This document shows, piece after piece, positions 54,441-64,000 of a stretch of DNA of 64,000 bases. Made by a program: the position numbers and the translations under genes. The notes beneath the pieces were generated by a model. The model worked only from the letters and a program-made list of their open reading frames with translations. It ran no database searches and was not told where the DNA came from. The DNA lies in NCBI RefSeq assembly GCF_006345805.1, contig NC_042999.1, positions 83,328,001-83,392,000 of the forward strand, written 5' to 3'. Positions within the stretch are counted from its first letter, which is position 1. The number at the start of each line of letters is the position of its first letter. This DNA is from Octopus sinensis (lineage: Eukaryota).

Positions 54441-55249
54441 ACAGGTACTAATAACGCCAATAAGCTCCAAGAAGTGAAGACCATGGTTGCTATTACCTCT
54501 TCACTGCTCCATGAAGTAGTTCCATCAGCACCTGGAACAAACGACGGCTGAGAATCTGGAAAATGTTCTCCTTTTGCACGAAACCGCTCAAAAGCTATGA
54601 GTAACACCACCTCCTAGATCGGAAACTACATGAGACATTAAAACAAGAAGCAAAAATAAAATCCAGATAAAAAGAAAAAATAGTCAACGAAGAAGTTAGA
54701 CGTCTCTAACAGTGTGAGGCTTATCATCATGGTGTGTCGGAGGTTGATGGTTGCTCGAACCATTTGCGAAAACGTAATGTGAAGGTGAATGAACCGAAGA
54801 TGCAGCCGAGAATACGGCCCAAAAGAGGAGGCGATTGGAAATAATTACATCAAACACACACACACACACACAAAATACAAACTGTTAGTAAAGACAACGC
54901 CACGGGTTTATATACAGCAAATAACCATTTCTTACATTTCACTTGAACTTTGAGAGTCCTACGTGTAAATTCGACGGGGTCATTCATCAGTTTGTAGAAT
55001 GTAACCGAGGAGGAATGTGGTCGAAGTTATGGTTTGCTCTGATTATCTCTAGATTACGGTTTTTCATGTCTCTGTGTGTAGATGGTTTTATTTTTATTTG
55101 CTTTATATGCCAAAATATAAACACTCTTAATACTTTGTTTTTGCCTCACCTTATATATACCTACCCTTATATATGTGAAACACCTATTTTCATATAACAC
55201 GGCTTGTCATCAAAGAAAGAATTATCACTATTACTTTTATAAATTTTTA

Positions 55250-55530
55250 TAAATTTGACTCGAGTTCGTTCTTATTCCTAGCAGAACATATGTGGTAACC
55301 TTAGGTATCCACAAGCTTTCAATAGTCTTTCAAGTGCTTAAAACCCTCCTGATAATCTTTCCTACCCGTAAGAGGCAAACTTTCGGTAGAAGCTCTACAG
55401 GATATTCTATTCCAATCTTCTTCAATCATTTTTTATATCTTTACTCACAGTTCCCAATACACCAATTATTACAGGTACGACCTTTACAGTTTTTTCATAC
55501 TCCAAATTCTTGCAATTTCCAATTTTAAGG
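55250..55530 (-). mobile_element. Second R4/Dong-type RLE retrotransposon 3' fragment
   Basis: ..KTVKVVPVIIGVLGTVSKDI..IGIEYPVELLPKVCLL...IIRRVLST*; parallels the C-terminus at 6853-7050. Confidence 0.8.
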
Positions 55531-55625
<95 letters not shown>

Positions 55626-56294
55626 CATCACGATGCAGAATTGACCACGCTGGATATTAAATATATTTACTAAGGAATTTACTTCAATAGTGTTTGCCCT
55701 TTATACAGATTACGAGACAGTTATACACGAGAACACCAACAGGATATACATTGGATATAATTAAAGAAGGACATTATCTACACATTTTGTTTATTTGGCA
55801 TAAAATTAACTGCAGCTGCTAATTTAACTACGGTAACCCTCCAGCAACGTCAGTGAGAAACTCATGCGTTAACATATCATCATGTGATATGTCAGTTTTT
55901 TTTCCGAAAAATTATCAATAATATTAGTTGTTGTACGTCTTCAAATATATTTGATAAAGCAGCCCCTATAACACTAATACCTTACTAGAGAGTGCATTAA
56001 AGAACAAAATTACTCTTTCATCTAATTCCGCGCTCTTCCAACTTAGGAAAGATATCGTAATATTAGTTGACACATTAAAGCAGCGGACAAAATGCTTAGC
56101 AGCATTTCGTCCGCCTTTACGTTTTCGGGTCGACAAAATAAGTACTAGTCAAATATAGGTCGGTGTAATCGCCTTATCTCCTGACTTATTGCTGGCCTTG
56201 TGTCAAAATTGGAAACCCATATTATTCGACACATTATTTTTTTATTACTTCATATTGTTCAATCTAATATCGCAAAAACCCCTTAACTACAAAT

Positions 56295-57078
56295 ATTGGT
56301 TTCAAATTTTGGCACAGGACCAGCAATTTTTAGAGGAGGTGTAAGTCAGTTCTATCGATTCCAGTATTCAACTGGTACTTATTCTATCGATCACTTATTT
56401 TATCGACCTCGGCGGAATTTGAACTCAGAACGTAAAGATGGATGAAATGCCGCTAAGCAGTTTTCCCGGCGTGCTAACGATTCTTCCAGCACGCCGCCTT
56501 CTTAACTGCAAATATTCCTTTCTACAATAGTCACAAAGCCCGAAATTTTATGGGAGGAAGTAAGTCGATTACATCGACTTCAGTGCTCAACTGGTACTTA
56601 TTTTAACGACCTCGGTGGAATTTGAACTCGGAACGTAAAGATTTTGCCCGGCGCTAAAGGTTCTTATTTCTTTACTGCCCACAAGGGTCTAAACATAGAG
56701 GGGACAAACAAGGACAGACAAACGGATTAAGTCGATTACATCTAACCCGGTGCGTAACTGGTACTTACTTAATCGACCCCGAAAGGATGAAAGGCAATGT
56801 TGACCTCAACGGAATTTGAACTCAGAACGTAGCGGCAGACGAAATATCTATTTCTTTACTACCCACAAGGGTCTAAACATAGAGGGGACAAACAAGGACA
56901 GACAAACGGATTAAGTCGATTATATCGACCCCAGTGCATAACTGGTACTTAATTTGTCGACCCCGAAAGGATGAAAGGCAAAGTCGACCTCGGCGGAATT
57001 TGAACTTAGAACGTAACGGCAGACGAAATACGGCTACGCATTTTGCCCTGCGTGCTAACGTTTCTGCCACCTCGCCGC
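56295..57078 (-). mobile_element. Head-to-tail cluster of about five family A SINE segments
   Basis: Repeated GGAATTTGAACTC B-box cores and both tail types. Confidence 0.88.
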
Positions 57079-57104
57079 ATTCTCAACTACAAATCTTGAA
57101 AGCT

Positions 57105-57530
57105 AATAAAAATGAAGTCAAGCACTCATACAGAAACACCAAAATATGTCCATTAAATGTCTTGCAACACATAAACCACATTTATTAATCAGAGGTTACC
57201 TTCATAAAATATAACCTCGAAATGGCACCTCTACACGTGTACGATGACCAAAGGAAAATTCAAGCAAAAATTCTACAATCGTACTTCAATCTTTAGGCTC
57301 ATTGATAAAAGAAATGTAACAAAATTAAACGAATATATTTGGCAATTAAAAGGAAAAGCTTTTAACTGCGACATTAAGTGGCAGATCACTGAAAGATCAA
57401 AGCTTTCCAAGAATGAACATAGAACGCGATTTTTAGACAGCGCAAAACTAGTCTTAAAAGTTATCTTACATTATCATGATCTCTAATTAAATAGCAGGTC
57501 AGGAATTTTTTAAAGAAGTATTGGCGTTTT
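57105..57530 (+). mobile_element. Penelope-like GIY-YIG endonuclease fragment
   Basis: ICPLN...IY*SEVT...MTKGKFKQKFYNRTSIFR...NVTKLNEYIWQLK...IKWQI...LNSRSGIF...EKHLLLN*. Confidence 0.82.
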
Positions 57531-57573
57531 GAGAAGCATCTATTACTTAACTGAGCCACATCATCTTTATCAG

Positions 57574-57615
<42 letters not shown>

Positions 57616-57681
57616 TCTATCTATCTATCTCTTATCTCTCTCCTCTCTCTCTCTCTCTCGCTATCTATCTATCTATCTCTT

Positions 57682-57717
<36 letters not shown>

Positions 57718-57962
57718 AGCTTATGCATACACAAATGCTTGTACGTTTAGAATTATTAGTACAACAGGATATGCAACTAACAATGTTAGTGCCAACTTCA
57801 AGAAGATGAATTTCACAAAAACCCGAAGAGATATAATTAGAGGATTACAACCACAAGGAATTAATGGCACATGGAACATTCATTCTAGAAGTTCATCATG
57901 TAATATATATATATATGTGTGTGTGTATATGTATATGTATGTAAATATGTATATATGCATAT

Positions 57963-58050
<88 letters not shown>

Positions 58051-58145
58051 TAGAAGGTTTGGAAATGAAGTATAGGTATTTTATATTAGAAGAAATGAGG
58101 TACTCAGAAATTCGGATGGTTTTTATATATATGTATATATATACG

Positions 58146-58218
<73 letters not shown>

Positions 58219-58775
58219 TATATATATAATATATATATATATATATTATATATATGTGTGTGTGTCTGAGTAACAGCTTTTGTTATATTTCTGCTGCTTT
58301 TAAATAAAGCATATTACTCTACCTCTGGTATTTGAGTACTCTTTTTTCCACCTTGTTTCACATTTATGTGCTTACTCCGGTATATACATACATACATACA
58401 TATTTATATATATATATATATATATAAATCAAAGGTAGAACAGAAAAAACACAACAAACGAACACAGTGTGCAGGAAAAGGAAGAAAGCATAACAACGGC
58501 AAACAGAACAAACCAACATACACGGATTATTCGTAGCCAATTGCCTCTTCAGACGAAATCCGGAATGTCCACGTAGTTTTGTCATTTAATTCCTATACTA
58601 CTCGAAACAGGCTTGGCCAAGGACTCAAGCTGAAAACATTAAGCCCCTTGGCAAGGCAAAGTGATGGACACATACGAAAACAAAAAGTAAACAACAGAAA
58701 GGGTCTATCGACTGTCGGACGAATGTAACATATGAAACAGAATTATACATATACAATGGACAAGCGCCTTTCGGC

Positions 58776-58834
<59 letters not shown>

Positions 58835-58924
58835 GGAGAGTTCACAAAAAAAGCAAAAGACAAAGACAGGTGGTGTATAAAACAAACAGATGTATTGGTA
58901 TAACGCTCAGGAATAGAAAAAGTA

Positions 58925-58960
58925 TTTTACGTTTCGAGCCTATGCTCTTCTACAGAAAGG
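58925..58960 (-). ncRNA. Hammerhead-like motif with core substitution
   Basis: CTTT CTGTAGA A GAGC atag GCTC GAAACGT A AAA; A6 replaced by T. Confidence 0.5.
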
Positions 58961-59388
58961 GACACAGAAAAAAAAAAACAAAACAAGGAGAGAAACAAGG
59001 AGACAAAAAAATGCCTGTAGTGGCTACCGATCTATCATGGCGACTGCCGGACAGAATGGTCACACAGGAGATACACGAAAGTTTAGAAAGTATAAAAATG
59101 ATAGTAATGATAATAATAATAGTTTTACGTAAAGTTCAAAGGTTTAGACGTCGTGGTGTATTGTAAGGATTGTTCATCAAGAGTAGAGTCCACAGTGATC
59201 CGTAGGTAGGAGAGGTGCAGCCAGAGGGTAAATGCCCAAAAGAGAATCTGTAAAGGTTAGATAGGTAGAAAGTCCAAAATATAAAATGGGACAAGAATTT
59301 AAAACATTCGGACAACTAGGTGATACAAAAAGGGACAACAAAACATCCAGATAGACGATACAAAAAAAACAAGGACGAGTCATTCGAA

Positions 59389-59421
<33 letters not shown>

Positions 59422-59755
59422 CAAAATAAGCAACAGGATATCAAGTAGTGATGCAGTACGACCGTTTCAAGCGACTCCATTTAACTGAACAATGTAATCA
59501 TTACATCAATTTAAATGCAGTATATTATTAGCTACAATAGCGACAACATGAATTTCTTCCGTCTTCTTGCTCTGTTAAAAATATTTGAGAAAAATTATAT
59601 TAATGTGTCCGACTGGTTAAAATTCTATTTATTTGTTTGTGCAGCTGAAGATGGCAGTACTTTTAAATTGATGTAATGATTGCATTGTTCAATTAAATGG
59701 AGCCGCTTGAAATGGTCGTACTGCATCACTACTTGATATCCTGTTGCTTATTTTG
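59422..59755 (+). mobile_element. Penelope-type insert with 94-bp inverted repeats
   Basis: Arms 59422-59515 and 59662-59755 (90/94); CTGAAGA at 59645 and GAAATGGTC in the right arm. Confidence 0.75.
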
Positions 59756-60182
59756 CTTTTATTCACCTTACTTCGAGCTGTGCGGATAATACCGGACTGA
59801 CTTGGCGCTACAACTTAAGTACCTAATTCAAGTGAATCTCAATTATGTATGTGTGTGTGTGTGTGTAAATATATAATAATATTTATAAGCTTAAAGCTTA
59901 AATAATCACTGTTTATTGATTAAAGAAAATAGACTAGTATTGGGGCATATAAACCCTCGACGGAAAAAGTGCGCACAGAAAAAAGTGGGTTTTCTGATTC
60001 ATGCAAGTAATAAAGCCCATGTTTAATGCATGTATACTGATATACACGCATGTATGTAGACATATCTACACGCATATATACTTTAATACAAAGCTAACCA
60101 GTCGAAGATGCCTGAATTTTGATGAAAATCTCTTGTTCACGTTAGAAACTGATTCTTTCACCATTAGTAAGAAAGTTTTTTT

Positions 60183-60455
60183 TTATTTCTTTACTGCCCA
60201 CAAGGGGCTAAACACAGAGGGGACAAACAAGGACAGACAAACGGCTTAAATCGATTATATCGACACCAGTGCATAACTGGTATTTATTTAATCGACCCCC
60301 GAAAGGATGAAAGACAAAGTCGACCTCGGCGGAATTTGAACTCAGAACACAGCGGCAGACGAAATACCTATTTCTTTACTACCCACGTAGCGGCAGACGA
60401 AATACCCCAAAGCATTTCGCCCGGCGTGCTAACGTTTCTGCCAGCTCGTCGCCTT
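60183..60455 (-). mobile_element. Family A SINE carrying a 17-nt tail insertion in its head
   Basis: TGGGTAGTAAAGAAATA between two copies of GGTATTTCGTCTGCCGCT. Confidence 0.88.
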
Positions 60456-60989
60456 AGTAAGAAATTTAAGAAATATAACAAGCCGAACATATACATTCAT
60501 TATACATACATTACACACACACACACACACACACACATACATGCTTGCACACTCACATACGCACGCACACCCATACACCCGAGAGAAAATATAAAATCGA
60601 TGTGTGCACACAGAAACTCGGAACACAAATATTTACAATACTTATATAAACTAATCTCCATTGAAACTTTTCAGCTTCACAAACAAAATACTTACACTCA
60701 CTCACATATATAATTCTCCACACACACACGGTGGCTTGCGGCACCATGGCTTCATTTTACATTTAACTCACAAGGCATCATCGGTTAACACGATTCTAGA
60801 GCAGAAGACATCCAATGTGTCACGCAGTGAGACTGAACCTCGAAGCATGAGGCCGCGTAGTATAATTCTTAACCATATTTCCATGCCTCTGTGTTTGAAT
60901 GTGCTTGTGTTTGCACGTGTAAACATACATACATACATACGTGTGTGCGTGTATGTATGTATGCATATATGTATGCATGCATGTATGTG

Positions 60990-61023
<34 letters not shown>

Positions 61024-61110
61024 TGTATGTATGTATGTATATATGTATATATATCTATATATATATATATATTTATATATATGTATATGTATATATATGT
61101 AAATGTACAA

Positions 61111-61149
<39 letters not shown>

Positions 61150-62392
61150 AATAAGGTCCTATGTGAGGAATAATATTCCTAAGACAGAAAGAATTCTAAA
61201 CGGGTTATTACACAAGAATTATCTCGGATATAGATTCCGAAATCAAAAGGTTTCTTACTTTTTATGCTCCCCTCAAGAATTCTCTAAGCGGTTGAAGCTT
61301 CAATTATAGGATTCGGTATGTTTCAAAGAGAATTGTTTAGGAATCTATGTTTGGTATTATTATCTTTCTGTTTTTTTATTTGTTCAATTTCCATTTCGTT
61401 CTCTCTCCATCTCTTTTCTTCTTCTCTCTTTTGATGTCAGTAGGTAAGAAATTGTCTCTTTTTATCGTCAATGATATAGAACCGTATTCAGTCAGAATGT
61501 TTTTCAATGAAATGGAACTGATGTATCTAAAATTTCTTTCACCACTTCGCAAATTTTTTTCTTCTTCAGGTTTTTCTTTTTTAAGCGGAGTGAATTAGTA
61601 AAATTTCTTGCATGTCTATAGATCATTTTCAGTTTGTGATTTAGAAAAAGAGCAGGAGATAGGCAAAAATAAAATATGAATTTATGTATTTATCTTACAT
61701 TATTTATTATTTGTAATATCATTATTTTATGAAGTATCTGTCTACAACTGGGGCTAATTTAAACGAATAAATCTCTCCCCTATGCATGCAGTCAGATACA
61801 CTACATACATTCATATACACAACAGTAACCCAACATATACAACAACATAATAATAGCAACAGCAACACCGCAAAGTTACCTGCACACCGATGTTTACAGC
61901 AACGCACACCTTCACATCATAGCACCACCTCACTGAACCAAACTAAAACACCACTAAGACACACGGAGAATCACGCAGACACATACATACGTACACACAT
62001 ATACGCACAATAAATTTTCGTTACAATACATCCATAGTTATTATCTTCCCTATACATTAGGTTCAAATTCTATACTCGCATGCACGTTACCATAATAACA
62101 TATTAATATAACTCGTACTGCAATACATACATTTGCATATACACATACAAGAAAAATACAAACAATTCACTAGTATACACTCATACATACTACCCTTTGG
62201 TAAACGGTGCACACAAAACTACAGACCAATACACGTACATGCACATACTTACTATTATTACTCTTGTACGTACGAAACCTCATTTGTTTTTATGTCATTC
62301 CTGGTCATGCAATCGCGGCTAGATTCAACATAACTGCAAACAGAACAAAGTTTTTCTTTCCTTCTATAATTTTCCTTGTTTTGATTATGTAA

Positions 62393-62428
62393 CTTTCTGA
62401 AGAAGAGCTAAAATTCGAAACGTCAGAG
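62393..62428 (+). ncRNA. Minimal type I hammerhead ribozyme motif
   Basis: CTTT CTGAAGA A GAGC taaa ATTC GAAACGTC AGAG; GTC cleavage triplet; stem II with one mismatch. Confidence 0.65.
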
Positions 62429-63071
62429 ACACTACAACTTCTGAAATTATCACTCACGACGTTACTTATGTTTGCATCTAGTTTTCTTATCGTTAATTTT
62501 AAGTACACAATGCGCGCACCTATATACATGCAAGAGGTTAATTTCACAACCACACGGATTCTGCTCGATGTCACTGAACAGCATCGTTAGCAAGTGTCTT
62601 CTATAGTTTTATACATTTTGTCTGTAAAGAGAACGTTTGCCCGGGAATATTTCCGTAGCAAAAGGTTTCCCCATATCCGAGTGTACACGAACGTGTTAAA
62701 TGTGATTGTACACAATTATGTTTTATTCAAAGCTGCTACTTGTGATGCTAGTTATTTAATTCCAGCTTAAGCAAACTTTACGCATATCAGTGAATGTACT
62801 ATTTACTATCGCTCTTATGAGGTTGCATATGACAAATTCAGGATTCGGAGGCGATTAAATGCAATGACCCAGAAACGTATTCGTCCTACGATCCGATAAT
62901 GTCGTTAGTGCTCTAATGCGCTTTCACTCATTTGTCCGCGAGGAAAATTTTCTTCCCGCAGAGAAAGTTCGTCCCACAGCCAAGTATATATATGAACTGC
63001 TAAATATGGTTACACACATACATATTTTAATCAACGCTGCTTCGTACAACTCTAGTTTACACACACACACA

Positions 63072-63117
<46 letters not shown>

Positions 63118-63830
63118 ACACACACCACACACACATACACACACACACAAATGTATGACGGGTACAGTATACGTGCACATACATTTGACAACCAATATAC
63201 ATGTACATACATACACACAAAAAGGAAAATATTATGTGCGCGTGAACGGTTACATCGACAACTCCCACTCGTGTAAGATAAAAGTAAAAAAAAAATTAAG
63301 GAAGTATATTAAAAAATTTTTAAGGAATTCTATCAAAGGAGAACTTATTGAATTTTTAAGAAATCTTTTTTAAATGTTTTGTTTTAATATTAGCTTATAA
63401 AATTCAATAATTTCTTTATTTTTTCTATACAGTTCTTAAACATTTATAAGCTTAGAATGGTTTCGATGAGTATATTTTATTAAAATATTTTAAAAATTAT
63501 TCCTTTGATATAATTTTTGCCATCCATGTGAAAGATAGGGTGTGCCAAAATTATCTTAAAACAATTTTAAGTTTATATTTCGCACAAGTAATCACCGTGC
63601 ACAAAGTTTCGTCACAAAAAAAATTGCTGAACAAGAATTTTGCGCACACTACATCCTATAAATTAGAGGAAACAACGATTGCAATTGTTTAGAATTATGC
63701 TGAGATTGAAAGGGTCAGTTTCAACCCCAGACAACGGAAGATATCCACTAAGGAGATAATAATAACAGGTGATTGTGGTTAATGATCGGAGACCGAATCA
63801 TTTTGCGGGTGAAGGCTAATCTAGTTTTGA

Positions 63831-63912
63831 CTGCTCTACTCAGATGAAGAAGTTCCCTAAAATGGCACTGCCTGCTCTACTCAGGCGAAGAGTTCCCTAA
63901 AAATGGCACTGC
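63831..63912 (+). repeat. Two tandem 41-bp repeats
   Basis: CTGCTCTACTCAG(AT/GC)GAAGA(A)GTTCCCTAAAA(A)TGGCACTGC x2. Confidence 0.9.
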
Positions 63913-64000
63913 TTTAGTCATCATAAAGAAAAAAACTCTCACTACATCTTTGAATAGTCCTGCAATGTCTGCATGAGTGAAATGTATCGTATCTATTTTG

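Overview
AT-rich (microsatellite-laden) non-coding eukaryotic DNA. The repeat content matches what I recognise as an octopus (coleoid cephalopod) genome; this is inferred from the SINE families, not verified. I find no host protein-coding exon I can support, and almost all ORFs in the track are translated microsatellites or antisense SINE reads. The window is a transposon graveyard. DNA transposons: a near-intact DD37D (maT) Tc1/mariner element (1235-2520), a decayed mariner (29252-30990), mariner, hAT and probable Sola2 non-autonomous elements. Non-LTR fragments: R4/Dong-type RLE, RTE, CR1, an L1/Tx1-like ORF1, and Penelope-like RT and GIY-YIG remnants. There are also more than 30 copies of at least four tRNA-derived SINE families. 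The most interesting layer is a set of type I hammerhead ribozyme motifs, several inside inverted-repeat-bounded Penelope-type inserts. One of them (34717-35056) joins a tRNA Pol III head to a hammerhead and Penelope-style ends. A second signal is a SINE whose 3' end repeatedly joins other SINE heads at fixed positions.
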